Origin: an uncultured delta proteobacterium
Lineage (GTDB): Bacteria > Myxococcota_A > Polyangia > Fen-1088
Reading direction: 5' to 3'
NCBI GenBank assembly: GCA_963755125.1
Contig: CAVWIP010000001.1
Span: 32,001-96,000, forward strand
Length of the DNA stretch: 64,000 nt
Part shown: piece by piece, positions 42,213 to 55,915 of the stretch
Numbering within the stretch: position 1 is the first letter of the stretch
Layout: each line of letters starts with the position of its first letter
Position numbers and translations under genes: made by a program
Notes under the pieces: generated by a model
What the model was told of the DNA's origin: nothing
Databases searched by the model: none
Seen by the model: the letters and a program-made list of their open reading frames with translations, nothing else

Positions 42213-44078
42213 GTGGCCATCACGTGTCCGGTAGACAGCGGATGCAATCGCGACGGTGCGCGCATCGGGGCCTCCCCGATCGCGCTCCTGACGCTGCTGC
42301 TAGTCTTCGGGCAGGCGTGTCGCTGCAGAGACCAGCACACAGTCAAGTTGCCGGTCGAGATCGCCTTGCCACCAGGTGGGTCCGATCCCCGAATCTGGGT
42401 CGCAAGTGACGGCGAGTCGCTTGCGGCCGCGCAACTGAGGTCGAGACAAGACCGTGACGGGAGCGCTGAACTTTCCCGCGAACCCGTCGAGCTGTTCGCC
42501 TTGCGCGGAGAAACCGTCGCCTTCCAGATCGGCGCGCAGGCCGGCCAGAATGCGCTTCGGGACGTCACGGTCGAGGTCGAGCGGTTCACGCGCGCGAGAG
42601 CGGGCCAGGGGCGGGACGATGCGGAGCCGTCGGTGCAGGTCGATCGCTTCGTGGTGTTCGAATTGCCGATGGCCAGGCGCTCCGGGGGCAAGGTTTCCGG
42701 GGAGTCACTTGGCTGGGAGGCGGGCGCTGCTCCTCCCGGTCCGCCTCCTGGTGGCACGCTCGACGATCCCTTGATACCGGTGCAGGTGGCGCCGTCGTGG
42801 GCCAGCTATCCAATGCAGCTCGCCTCCGGGCAGCATCGCGCTATCTGGATCGATGTCACTGTTCCATCGGACAGAATCGATCCCGGAAGCTATCGCAGCC
42901 GGGTCGTGGTTCGTCATCGCCGGTCTGATGGCGGCACCGGCGTGCTGGCCGAGATCCCGCTCGCGATCGAGGTGGGTCGCGCCAGGCTCCCCTATGCATC
43001 GTTGCGCACGATGGTGTTCTTCGACCCGGGCAGGATCGAGGCCACCGTCGGTTCGAAGACCGCCGTGCGCCAGTTCCAGCAGCTCATGCACGCGCATCAT
43101 CTGAGCACGATCTTCCCCATCAATCGGGCCGCGGACGTGGAGGCCAATGCGGCTGCGCTGACCGGAGAGCTGTTCGCGGCCGGCGACGGCTACCGGGGCG
43201 CCGGCTCGGGGGAGGGTTCCAGCGTCGTGGCCCTGGGCGCGTATGGTTCGCTCGGGGATCCGAGCCCCGCCAGCATAGCAGCCGTGGCCGACATTCTCGC
43301 CGCTCTCGAAAGATTGGGAATCCGCGATCAGCCCGGGGTGCTCGACGTCTTCCTCTACGCCGTCGACGAGCAGTGCGAGAGTCCTCGCGGACAGCTCTGG
43401 AAACATGCGCTGGCCAATTCCCAAGTGCCGGCGCTGCGGCGTCTGCGCGTCGGCCACACCTGCTCGGAACCGCCGGCCGCGCAAGCAGTCGACTTGGTCA
43501 TGGTGGCGGCGTCCAGGTACTCGCCCCGGCTGACTGACCAGGCGGCGGTACGCGGAAAACACGTGTGGATCTACAACGGTCAGCTTCCTCAGGCCGGGCA
43601 ATTCCTCAGCGACGGGTGGCGCGTGGGACTGCGAGCCAATGCCTGGATCCAGTCGGCCTTCCAGATCGAGCGCTGGTTCTACTGGGAGTCGACCTTCTGG
43701 GATGATGACAACCGCGGAGGTTTGGGGCCGCACGACGTGTTCGCCGGCGCCGAAACCTTCCATAATCGCGAGGGCGACTTCTGCAATGGCGATGGTGTGC
43801 TGGTGTATCCGGGCAGGCAGCCCGGCTTCCCCACCCATTCGGCGGATTTCGACGGGGTGTTCCCGTCCATCCGGCTCAAACAGTGGCGGCGAGGCGTGAG
43901 CGACGCCGGCTACCTGGAACTTGGCCGCGCCATCGACCGCGAGCGCGTCGAGCGCCTCATTCGGACGCTGGTGCCCGGAGCTCTCGATCAGGCACGATCA
44001 GGACGCTCACCTGCATGGGCCACCTCGGCGCAGGCATACGAAGCCGCCCGTCGGGAACTGTTTGGGCTGGTGCGCTGA
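42213..44078 (+). CDS. DUF4091/GH123-like domain exported protein
   Basis: LRGETVAFQ, YAVDE, WIYNG, GDGVLVYPG...PSIRLKQWRRG motifs. Start is uncertain. Confidence 0.75.
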   Translation: MAITCPVDSGCNRDGARIGASPIALLTLLLVFGQACRCRDQHTVKLPVEIALPPGGSDPRIWVASDGESLAAAQLRSRQDRDGSAELSREPVELFALRGETVAFQIGAQAGQNALRDVTVEVERFTRARAGQGRDDAEPSVQVDRFVVFELPMARRSGGKVSGESLGWEAGAAPPGPPPGGTLDDPLIPVQVAPSWASYPMQLASGQHRAIWIDVTVPSDRIDPGSYRSRVVVRHRRSDGGTGVLAEIPLAIEVGRARLPYASLRTMVFFDPGRIEATVGSKTAVRQFQQLMHAHHLSTIFPINRAADVEANAAALTGELFAAGDGYRGAGSGEGSSVVALGAYGSLGDPSPASIAAVADILAALERLGIRDQPGVLDVFLYAVDEQCESPRGQLWKHALANSQVPALRRLRVGHTCSEPPAAQAVDLVMVAASRYSPRLTDQAAVRGKHVWIYNGQLPQAGQFLSDGWRVGLRANAWIQSAFQIERWFYWESTFWDDDNRGGLGPHDVFAGAETFHNREGDFCNGDGVLVYPGRQPGFPTHSADFDGVFPSIRLKQWRRGVSDAGYLELGRAIDRERVERLIRTLVPGALDQARSGRSPAWATSAQAYEAARRELFGLVR

Positions 44079-44202
44079 TTTCCATGGCAACCCAGGGAGG
44101 CTCAACCAGATCTCACTTGTGTGCTTGACAGTTGGCCGCGGGTCGGGCGTTATCGGCGGTCAAGGCCGCGCCTGGCCTGCCACCCAAGCAGGGGAATTGG
44201 AC

Positions 44203-44775
44203 ATGAAGCTTCGCCCAGCACCTCCGGACAAGAACCTGGTCGAACGAGGGGAGATTCTCGACGCCGTGGGCATTTCCCGGGTGTTGCGCCGGATCGCCTT
44301 CGAGATCATCGAGCGCAACGGCCCGGCGCCCTATCTGGTCGGCATCCGCACCGGCGGCGCGGTGCTGGCCGAGCGCATGGTCGAGATGTTGGCCGCAAGC
44401 GGCGAAAGCCGGCCGGTGCTGGGCGCCATCGACATCACGCTGTATCGCGACGACGTCTTTCTCGGCCTGCCCAAACCCGAGATCGGGGCCACCGAGCTGC
44501 CCGAAAGCATCGAAGGCCGCACCGTGGTGCTGGTTGACGACGTCCTGTTCACCGGCCGCACGGTGCGCGCCGCCATGGACGTGCTGGCCGACTATGGCCG
44601 ACCCCGCACCGTGCAGTTGGCCGTGCTGGTCGACCGCGGCCGGCGCGAGCTACCCATCCAACCTGACTACGTGGGCGTGCGCTTGCAGACCACGGCTGAC
44701 CAGTCGGTGCGCGTGATGCTGGCCGATCGTGGGGAGACCGACCGGGTCGTTCTGCGAGAGAGGATCACCAAATGA
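44203..44775 (+). CDS. pyrR: Pyrimidine regulatory protein / uracil phosphoribosyltransferase
   Basis: [41 protein letters not shown] motifs. Confidence 0.95.
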   Translation: MKLRPAPPDKNLVERGEILDAVGISRVLRRIAFEIIERNGPAPYLVGIRTGGAVLAERMVEMLAASGESRPVLGAIDITLYRDDVFLGLPKPEIGATELPESIEGRTVVLVDDVLFTGRTVRAAMDVLADYGRPRTVQLAVLVDRGRRELPIQPDYVGVRLQTTADQSVRVMLADRGETDRVVLRERITK

Positions 44776-45719
44776 CCAAGGGATTCACGCAGCGACACTT
44801 GCTGGGCATGGAGAATCTCACCCGCGAGGAGATCACCACCATCCTCGATTTGGGCGAGCGCTTTCTGGAAATCGCGGATCGGCCCATCAAGAAGGTGCCC
44901 ACCTTGCGCGGCAAGACGGTCATCAACCTGTTTCTAGAACCGTCGACGCGCACCCGCACGTCCTTCGAGATTGCGGCCAAGCGCCTGTCCGCCGACGGGG
45001 TCAACTTCACCGCCTCCTCGTCGTCCACGGTCAAGGGAGAGACGCTCATCGACACGGCGATGAACCTGGACGCCATGAATCCCGACATCGTGGTCATTCG
45101 CCACGCCCAGGCTGGCTCGGCCCTACTGCTCAGCCAGCGCATCCGCGCCGGCATCGTGAATGCGGGGGATGGTGCGCACGAGCACCCGACCCAGGCACTG
45201 CTTGACGCCTCGACCATCCGCGCGCACAAGAAGAAGATCGAGGGCCTGACCGTGGTGATCTGCGGTGACATCGACCACAGCCGCGTGGCCCGCTCCAACA
45301 TTTTCGCCCTGCGCACGCTCGGTGCGCGCGTGCGCGTGGCAGGCCCGCGCTCGCTGCTGCCCATCGGGGTGGAAAACCTGGGCTGCGAGGCCTTTGATCG
45401 CATCGAGCCGGCGCTGGAAGGGGCCGACGTGGTCATGATGTTGCGGATCCAGCTCGAACGGAAAGCGGGCAGCCGTTTCCCCAACACGCGCGAGTACGCA
45501 CGCTACTTCGGCCTGAACGCGCGGCGCCTGGCCCTGGCCAAGCCCGACGCCATCGTCATGCACCCCGGGCCCATGAACCGGGGCGTGGAGATCGATCCCG
45601 GCGTGGCCGACGGTCCGCGTTCCGTGATTCTGGAGCAGGTCAGCCGGGGTGTGGCCATCCGCATGGCCGTCCTGTACCTGCTCGGCGGCGGCAGCGGCGA
45701 GGAATGGAGCAAGTCTTGA
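44772..45719 (+). CDS. pyrB: Aspartate carbamoyltransferase catalytic subunit
   Basis: [29 protein letters not shown] motifs. Confidence 0.97.
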   Translation: MTKGFTQRHLLGMENLTREEITTILDLGERFLEIADRPIKKVPTLRGKTVINLFLEPSTRTRTSFEIAAKRLSADGVNFTASSSSTVKGETLIDTAMNLDAMNPDIVVIRHAQAGSALLLSQRIRAGIVNAGDGAHEHPTQALLDASTIRAHKKKIEGLTVVICGDIDHSRVARSNIFALRTLGARVRVAGPRSLLPIGVENLGCEAFDRIEPALEGADVVMMLRIQLERKAGSRFPNTREYARYFGLNARRLALAKPDAIVMHPGPMNRGVEIDPGVADGPRSVILEQVSRGVAIRMAVLYLLGGGSGEEWSKS

Positions 45720-45758
45720 TGACCTGCAAGCGCAACCCTTATCTGAGGAGCCAGTCCC

Positions 45759-47048
45759 ATGCCTGACATTCTTCTGCGCGGCGGTCGGGTGCTCGATCCC
45801 ACACGAGAGTTCGACGCCCAGGCAGACGTCTTGTTGAAGGACGGGAAGATTGCGGCGATCGAGCGCGGTCTGGCCGCACCAGGCGCCAGGGCCATCGAGG
45901 TCACGGGCTGCTGGGTGGTGTCGGGCCTCATCGACCTGCACGTGCACCTGCGCGAGCCAGGCCAGGAATACAAAGAGAACATCGAGACCGGGACGGCAGC
46001 GGCGGCTGCGGGCGGCTTTACTGCCGTTTGCTGCATGCCCAACACCAGCCCGCCCAACGACACGCGCGCCGTGACCGACCTGATCGTGCAGCGGGCGCGC
46101 GACAAGGGCGCCGTGCGCGTCTATCCCATCGGGTGCATCACGCAAGGCCAGAAGGGCGAGACCATGGCTGACATGGGCGAGCTGCAAGAGGCGGGCTGCG
46201 TAGCGGTTTCCGACGACGGTCGCGGCGTGATGAACAGCGAGGTCATGCGCCGAGCCTTGGAATACGCGCGCAGCTTCCGCATGCCGCTTGTGCAGCACTG
46301 CGAGGACAGCGCGCTCTCGGCCGGCGGGGCCATGCACGAGGGCTTGGCCTCCACGCGCTTCGGGATTCGCGCACAACCAGCTGCCGCGGAATCCGCCATG
46401 CTGGCCCGCGATCTGGAACTGGTCGCGCTGACCGGCGGCCGCTACCACATGGCCCACATCAGTTGCGCTGAATCGGTGCGCCTGATCCGCGAGGCCAAGC
46501 AGCGTGGGCTACCGGTCACCTGCGAGGTGACACCACACAACCTGATGCTGACCGACGAAGCCTGCGCCGGCTACCACACCTTTTTCAAGATGAACCCGCC
46601 GCTGCGCTCGGCGAGCGATCAGGCGGCGCTATGCGAGGCCCTGGCCGACGGCACCATCGACGCCATTGCCACGGACCACGCGCCCCATTCGTCGGTCGAG
46701 AAGGAAGTCGAGTTCGAGCAGGCATCGAATGGAGTCATCGGCCTGGAGACCGCGCTGGCCCTGGCCGTGGAGTTGGTTGATGCCGGCGTGTTGACGCCGG
46801 CCAAGCTGGTCATGCGCATGTCCGCAGGTCCGGCCAAGGTGCTGGGCCTGCCGGGCGGCAGCCTCGCGCCGGGCGGGCCGGCCGACGTGACCGTCATCGA
46901 TCCCAAGGCGGCCTGGATTTGTGATCCCACGCGGTTTCGTTCCAAGGCGCGCAACACGCCGTTTGGCGGGCGCGCAATGCGTGGCCGGGCCGTGCTGACT
47001 GTGGTAGGTGGACGGATTGTGTTTTCCGAGGAGAAGCTCGTTGCCTGA
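45759..47048 (+). CDS. pyrC: Dihydroorotase (type I)
   Basis: [28 protein letters not shown] motifs. Confidence 0.96.
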   Translation: MPDILLRGGRVLDPTREFDAQADVLLKDGKIAAIERGLAAPGARAIEVTGCWVVSGLIDLHVHLREPGQEYKENIETGTAAAAAGGFTAVCCMPNTSPPNDTRAVTDLIVQRARDKGAVRVYPIGCITQGQKGETMADMGELQEAGCVAVSDDGRGVMNSEVMRRALEYARSFRMPLVQHCEDSALSAGGAMHEGLASTRFGIRAQPAAAESAMLARDLELVALTGGRYHMAHISCAESVRLIREAKQRGLPVTCEVTPHNLMLTDEACAGYHTFFKMNPPLRSASDQAALCEALADGTIDAIATDHAPHSSVEKEVEFEQASNGVIGLETALALAVELVDAGVLTPAKLVMRMSAGPAKVLGLPGGSLAPGGPADVTVIDPKAAWICDPTRFRSKARNTPFGGRAMRGRAVLTVVGGRIVFSEEKLVA

Positions 47049-48186
47049 GACCAAGAGTGCATTGATACCCGCCTTGCTCGCTCTGGAGGATGGCACCGTC
47101 TATCGAGGCCTGGGCTTCGGTTCGGCCGCCGACATGACCGGCGAGCTGGTCTTCAACACTGCCATGAGCGGCTATCAGGAAGTGCTGACCGATCCATCCT
47201 ACCGCGGTCAGATCGTGATGATGACCGCGCCCGAAATCGGCAACGTGGGCGTGAACCCCGAGGACTTCGAGTCCGACCGGCCCTACTGCGCCGGCTTCGT
47301 GGTGCGCGACCTGTCGCCACTCGCGTCCAACTGGCGCGCCCAGGGCACGCTGGCCGATCTGATGGAGAAGTCGGGCGTGGCTGGCATTACCGGCATCGAC
47401 ACCCGCGCCATCACCCGGCGCTTGCGCATCGGCGGTGCCCAGCGCGCGGTGATCACGCGCAAGATCGACGACGCCAACGCGGCCGTGGCCGCGGCCCGGC
47501 GCTCGCCTTCGATGGAAGGCCAGGATCTGGCCAAGGACGTGACCTGCGTCCAGCCCTACCAGTGGGACGAAGGCTTGTGGCAGGCTCCGTCCAACAGCAC
47601 GCCGGTTCCGCCCGTTCGCCACCGCGTGGTGGCCTACGACTTCGGGATCAAGCGCGGGATCCTGCGCCGCCTGCGCCAGAGCGCCTGTGCGGTCACGGTG
47701 GTGCCGGCGGCCACGCGCGCGCGCGATGTCCTGGACATGAAGCCCGACGGAATCTTCCTGTCCAACGGTCCGGGCGATCCTGCGGCGGTGTCCTATGCGG
47801 TGGAGGCTGCGGCGGAGCTTTGCCAGAGCGGCAAGCCCATTTTCGGCATTTGCCTGGGCCACCAGATCCTGGGGCTCGCCCTGGGCGGCAAGACCTACAA
47901 GCTGAAGTTCGGGCACCACGGCGCCAATCACCCGGTGATGGATCTTTCCACGCGCAAGGTGGAGATCACGTCACAGAACCATGGGTTCGCGGTGGACGTG
48001 GGCTCGCTGCAGGGCAAGGCTGTGCTGTCGCACATCAACCTGAACGACCAGACCGTCGAGGGCATGCGCCACGACCGGCTGCCCATCTTCAGCGTGCAGT
48101 ACCATCCCGAAGCGTCGCCGGGGCCCAACGATCCCAGCTACCTGTTCGGGCGTTTCGTCAAGATGATGGACGAGCAGGCGCGGTGA
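47041..48186 (+). CDS. carA: Carbamoyl-phosphate synthase small subunit
   Basis: [30 protein letters not shown] motifs; TTG start after GAGGAG. Confidence 0.97.
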   Translation: MPETKSALIPALLALEDGTVYRGLGFGSAADMTGELVFNTAMSGYQEVLTDPSYRGQIVMMTAPEIGNVGVNPEDFESDRPYCAGFVVRDLSPLASNWRAQGTLADLMEKSGVAGITGIDTRAITRRLRIGGAQRAVITRKIDDANAAVAAARRSPSMEGQDLAKDVTCVQPYQWDEGLWQAPSNSTPVPPVRHRVVAYDFGIKRGILRRLRQSACAVTVVPAATRARDVLDMKPDGIFLSNGPGDPAAVSYAVEAAAELCQSGKPIFGICLGHQILGLALGGKTYKLKFGHHGANHPVMDLSTRKVEITSQNHGFAVDVGSLQGKAVLSHINLNDQTVEGMRHDRLPIFSVQYHPEASPGPNDPSYLFGRFVKMMDEQAR

Positions 48187-48884
48187 GCGACGACGAGACA
48201 CGGAAGCCGCGCCCAGATGCCGGCCTCATCCACCTACTGCTCGACCAGTTGGCCAGCGACTTTGCGGCGCCGCCGTTCCGCGAGCAGATTGCGGCCGCAC
48301 GCGAAGAGTACTTCGGCCGGGCCGGCAAGGTTTTCGAGGACGATGCCGAGGTGTACGAGGCGCGCACGGTGGCGTTTTTGGAATGGTATGTGGTGGAGCG
48401 GTCGCTGCCCGAGGGCCGGCCGCCGGTGCTGGTGGCGCTGGAACGCACACCCGCCGATGCGGCCAACGCCGACCGACGCTTGGCTCTGGCGCGCATCGCG
48501 ACCAGCCACCGCAGCCTGTTCGACATTGCAGAAGTGAAAGGCAATCGCGTGGAGTTGGAAGACATTCTTGGTGGTGCGCGGTTCTCGGTGGTCGAGCGGC
48601 GCAGCACCATCGGTTTTGAAGTCGGCGCCATCGTGGAAGCGCGCGTGGTCTGGGACGGCACCGATCCGCTCTTCACCAAGACCTTTCTCTTTCACCCGCG
48701 TGACGCGCGCACCGAGATCCTTAATCTGGTCGACGACTCGCTCATGGCCGGCGCGTCTCGCGACGACATCATGGGCAAGCTTTCCCAACTCTATCTGCGC
48801 TGGCACCGTCACGGCCACCTGAACGCCGGCCGAATCTACAAGGGCGGGCATACCGGCAACACCGCCGGGCCAGTGGTGATCTAA
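48183..48884 (+). CDS. Hypothetical protein (233 aa) coupled to carA
   Basis: GTGA overlap with the carA stop; native codon bias; corresponds to the C-terminal part of ORF 47562..48884. Confidence 0.8.
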   Translation: MSDDETRKPRPDAGLIHLLLDQLASDFAAPPFREQIAAAREEYFGRAGKVFEDDAEVYEARTVAFLEWYVVERSLPEGRPPVLVALERTPADAANADRRLALARIATSHRSLFDIAEVKGNRVELEDILGGARFSVVERRSTIGFEVGAIVEARVVWDGTDPLFTKTFLFHPRDARTEILNLVDDSLMAGASRDDIMGKLSQLYLRWHRHGHLNAGRIYKGGHTGNTAGPVVI

Positions 48885-48903
48885 TCAAGCGTCGCCTCTC
48901 CCG

Positions 48904-50148
48904 GTGCTGTCCCAGGTTCTGCATACCATTCGCGAGCAGGCGCTGCTGGTTGGCGGCGAAAGGGTGCTGCTGGCCGTGTCGGGCGGTCCCGACTCGACGG
49001 CTCTGCTGCACGCGCTGGTGCACCTCGCGCCCCGCCTGCACATCGAGTTGGTCGCGGCGACAGTCGATCACGGGCTGCGGCCGGAATCGGGAAGCGAGGC
49101 TGCCCTGGTGGCCGAGCGTTGCCGTGCCTTGGGCATTCGCTGCGAGATGCTCGTGGTCGACGTCAAGGCTGCACGCCACGCCCATGTCTCGTGGCAGGAA
49201 GCCGCTCGCAATGTGCGCCTCTCTGCCTTGCAAGAAGCCGCGACCCGGCTGGGCTGCGCGCGCGTCGCCCTCGGCCACACGGCCGACGATCAGGCCGAGA
49301 CGGTGCTTTTTCGCATCGTGCGCGGCACGGGCATCGGCGGTCTTGCGGGAATTCCCTATCAGCGCGGGATCTTCATCCGGCCGCTGCTCGACGTTCGCCG
49401 CAAGGGCATCATGACGTTTTTGGCCAAGCGACGCATTTCCTTCATCGAGGATCCGTCGAACGCCGACCGTCACTACGCCCGGGTGCGCATCCGTCTCGAC
49501 CTTCTGCCCCTGTTTGCGCGCGAGAACCCGCGCGTGGTCGAGGCGCTGCTGTCCCTGGCACAAGAGGCACGCGCGATCGCGGCTGGGACGCCGGCGCTCG
49601 CACCCGCATCCGTCCCGCGGCGAGCGGCTGCGCTGATCCAGCGGATGGCGATGCAAGGGCAAGGGACACGGCGGGTTTCGGTTCCTGATGGTGAGGTGGT
49701 AGTGAGCTACGGAAACGTTCGCTTCCGACCGCGGACGAGCGGGCGGCAAGACGTTTGCCCTGCTTCATCCGGGTCGATCCGGGTGAAGGGCCCGGGGATC
49801 TATCGTCTGCCAGGGCGAAGCGAAGGCTCGGCGCTCGATTTGCAAGAAGGGCGCCACCCCGCGCTTCCGCCAACCGGCGCCGCCATCTTTGACGCCACAC
49901 GGATCGCGCGGCCGCTTGAGGTGCGCGCCTGGCGTCCAGGCGAGCGCATGCGGCCGCGCGGCGGCCGCGGCAGTCGCAAGGTTTCGGACCTTCTGGTCGA
50001 CGCCAAGATTCCCCGTGACCTGCGGCGCGACCTGCCCGCGCTGGTGACTGCCGACGGAACCATCCTGTTTGTCGCAGGTCTGCGTCCGTCCGAGGTCGGG
50101 CGTCCGCAGGTCGCCAGCGAGCACTGGCTAGCCGTACGCTCTGTCTGA
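48904..50148 (+). CDS. tilS: tRNA(Ile)-lysidine synthetase
   Basis: AVSGGPDS, DHGLR, GHTADDQAET, IRPLL, EDPSN motifs. Confidence 0.96.
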   Translation: MLSQVLHTIREQALLVGGERVLLAVSGGPDSTALLHALVHLAPRLHIELVAATVDHGLRPESGSEAALVAERCRALGIRCEMLVVDVKAARHAHVSWQEAARNVRLSALQEAATRLGCARVALGHTADDQAETVLFRIVRGTGIGGLAGIPYQRGIFIRPLLDVRRKGIMTFLAKRRISFIEDPSNADRHYARVRIRLDLLPLFARENPRVVEALLSLAQEARAIAAGTPALAPASVPRRAAALIQRMAMQGQGTRRVSVPDGEVVVSYGNVRFRPRTSGRQDVCPASSGSIRVKGPGIYRLPGRSEGSALDLQEGRHPALPPTGAAIFDATRIARPLEVRAWRPGERMRPRGGRGSRKVSDLLVDAKIPRDLRRDLPALVTADGTILFVAGLRPSEVGRPQVASEHWLAVRSV

Positions 50149-50236
50149 TAGCGTTGCCGACGGGAACTCTCGTTGACGCCGCGCCATTTGCTGTCAATAT
50201 TCTAATCAGAGAGTCGACAGACTTAGAGGATCGCGC

Positions 50237-52177
<1,941 letters not shown>

Positions 52178-52197
52178 CAGAAGACCCCGGCTCTCCG

Positions 52198-53007
52198 ATG
52201 GCCACGCGGATTGTCGGTGTTCTCAATGTGACCCCTGACTCGTTTTCGGACGGGGGACGATTTTCTTCGCCGGAGGATGCGGTGGCGGCCGGTCTGGCCA
52301 TGGTAGAGCAGGGCGCGGATTGGATCGATGTGGGTGGAGAATCCACGCGGCCGGGCTCGCTGCCGGTGTCCGAGGCCGAGGAGATCGCGCGCGTGGCCCC
52401 GGTGATCCGCGAGCTGTCGAAGCGTGTGGCAGCGACGGTGCGCGTGTCCGTCGACACTTACAAGGCCGCCACAGCGCGCGCGGCTCTAGCCGAAGGTGCC
52501 ACCGCACTCAACGACGTGTCCGGCGGCTTGCTCGATCCGGAGATTTTCCGTGTAGCTGCGGCAGGTGGGGCTGCCATGGTGCTGGGCCATCTGCGCGGCA
52601 AGCCGGCCGACATGCAGGCCAACGTCCATTTCGACAACGTGGTCGAGGAGGTGGCGAGCGAACTGGCCAGCCGCGTGGCTGCGGCGAGGGCCGCAGGCTG
52701 CGGCGAGGTTTGGGCCGATCCTGGCATTGGCTTTGGCAAGCACCTGGAGCACAACCTGAGCCTGCTCCGGCACCTTGCTCGCCTGCGCGCGCAGTTGGGC
52801 GTGCCCATCATGGTGGGCGTGTCGCGCAAACGATTCATCGGAGATGTGACGGGAAAGTCAGCGGCTGAACGGGTCTTCGGTACCGCCGCGGCTGTGGCCG
52901 TGGCGATCGTGAACGGCGCGGACGCGGTTCGGGTTCACGACGTCGCGGCCATGCGCGACGTGGTTCGCGTGGCCGAAGCCATCGCGGGCGCGGGCGAAAT
53001 CGATTAG
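52198..53007 (+). CDS. folP: Dihydropteroate synthase
   Basis: LNVTPDSFSDGG, GGESTRPG, DPGIGFGK, SRKRF, RVHDV motifs. Confidence 0.97.
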   Translation: MATRIVGVLNVTPDSFSDGGRFSSPEDAVAAGLAMVEQGADWIDVGGESTRPGSLPVSEAEEIARVAPVIRELSKRVAATVRVSVDTYKAATARAALAEGATALNDVSGGLLDPEIFRVAAAGGAAMVLGHLRGKPADMQANVHFDNVVEEVASELASRVAAARAAGCGEVWADPGIGFGKHLEHNLSLLRHLARLRAQLGVPIMVGVSRKRFIGDVTGKSAAERVFGTAAAVAVAIVNGADAVRVHDVAAMRDVVRVAEAIAGAGEID

Positions 53008-53068
53008 ATCGCTTCTCGGCCTACCAGCCATTCAGCCGCTGCAACGGCTTGCTCGGCGGCTCTCACCT

Positions 53069-53440
53069 TCATGGAACCAATTCAAGAGCCTGAGAAAGGC
53101 GAAGACCGATTCGCATAGCACTAAGGTCGCGCCGATCGGTTGTCAAGACTCGGTAGACGCGCCGTCGCTCAGCCACCGCAGCCACGGTGCCATCAACCAA
53201 GCCTAGGTTGAGCCCCGCAAATCTTGCATCCAGTTCCATTGATCTCGCGATGTCGGACGGCAGCGGTGGCTCATACTCGTATCGAGTTCCCTGATCGAAG
53301 ATGTCCGCCACCAACCTTCTCATGGCTGCACGGTTGTCCCTGAGAAAGTAGTCAACTTCGGCGAGAACGAGCCCGGGCACGATCACCGAACTCGCTGACG
53401 TTAGTGCCTCCTCGTATTCCGGAAAGCTTGGCACGCCATC
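53069..53440 (-). pseudogene. N-terminally damaged PIN-domain (VapC-like) toxin
   Basis: VLAEVDYFL, LGLVDGTVAAVAER and LTTDRRD are present. The first strand-helix motif (hhDTxxh) is not intact, and no antitoxin ORF is visible. Confidence 0.7.
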
Positions 53441-53805
53441 TCGGTCGCAGGGAAGCTGCGTCCGAATACAAAGTTCTTGCGCGAGTGGCTCAAAGGATTT
53501 CACCGTGTTGCGGCTGCGGAGCTGCTGGTCTCGCGGAATGCCCTCTCTCGTGCTGCTGTCTAAAACCCTAAGGGCAGCAGCTCTCGTCGCGGCTACAGCG
53601 GGCGGTCCAGCGTACTCTGGACATCGAGGGGGCTTCGACGATCCCCTTTGGGGGTCTCGGGGAGGACAGCCAAACTCTTCCACCCCGCGCACTTCGCGCG
53701 CGCCCGTCGCGGCCAAGGCCACGGCTGCGCCCACGGCCTCTTGCGGCTATCGCGTTCAACCGGCTACGCATTTTCGAGAGGCGGTACTAGAATGCAATCC
53801 TTCGC

Positions 53806-55169
<1,364 letters not shown>

Positions 55170-55173
<4 letters not shown>

Positions 55174-55907
55174 TTCGCTTGCACGTCAACGTCGACCACG
55201 TCGCGACGCTGCGCCAGCAGCGCGACACCATCTATCCTGACCCGGTGCTGGCCGCCGGCCTGTGCGAGCTGGCGGGCGCCGACGGCATCACCGCGCACCT
55301 GCGCGAGGACCGGCGCCACATCCAGGACCGCGACGTGCGCCTGTTGCGCCAGACGGTGCGCGGCGTGCTCAATCTGGAAATGGCCGCGGTGCCGTCGATC
55401 GTGGACATTGCCCTGGAGATCAAACCCGACTTCTGCACGCTGGTGCCCGAGAAGCGGCAGGAGCGGACCACGGAAGGCGGGCTGGATCTACGCGGGCAGG
55501 GGGCGGTCATTGGCCGCGCCGTGCGCACCTTGCGCGACGCCGGCATCGGCGTCAGCCTGTTCATCGATCCCGAGGAGGACGCGGCGCGGGCCAGCGCCGA
55601 TCTGGGCGCCACCTGCGCCGAGTTGCACACGGGTGACTACTGCCATGCCGCTTCCGGCAGCGCAGCCGCACGCCGCGAGCTGGCCCGGCTGGAGAAGGCG
55701 GGACGGGCGGTGGCGGATGCCGGGTTGCGCCTGGCTGCGGGGCACGGCCTCGACTACGGCAACGTCGGTCCTGTAGCGGCTTTGCCTTTCTTGGAGGAGC
55801 TGAACATCGGTCACAGCATCATCGCGCGCGCGGTGCTGGTCGGCATGGAACGCGCCGTGGGCGACATGCGCGTGGCCATCGCGGCCGGCGCGAGGAATGC
55901 TGAGTAG
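55170..55907 (+). CDS. pdxJ: Pyridoxine 5'-phosphate synthase
   Basis: [37 protein letters not shown] motifs. Confidence 0.97.
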
Positions 55908-55915
55908 GGGTTTTC

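Noticed and set aside
50173..50197. TTGAC-N15-GTCAA inverted repeat before ftsH
   Set aside because: Overlaps a likely -35/-10 promoter; 5-bp arms are insufficient evidence, and it does not match CIRCE or FNR spacing.
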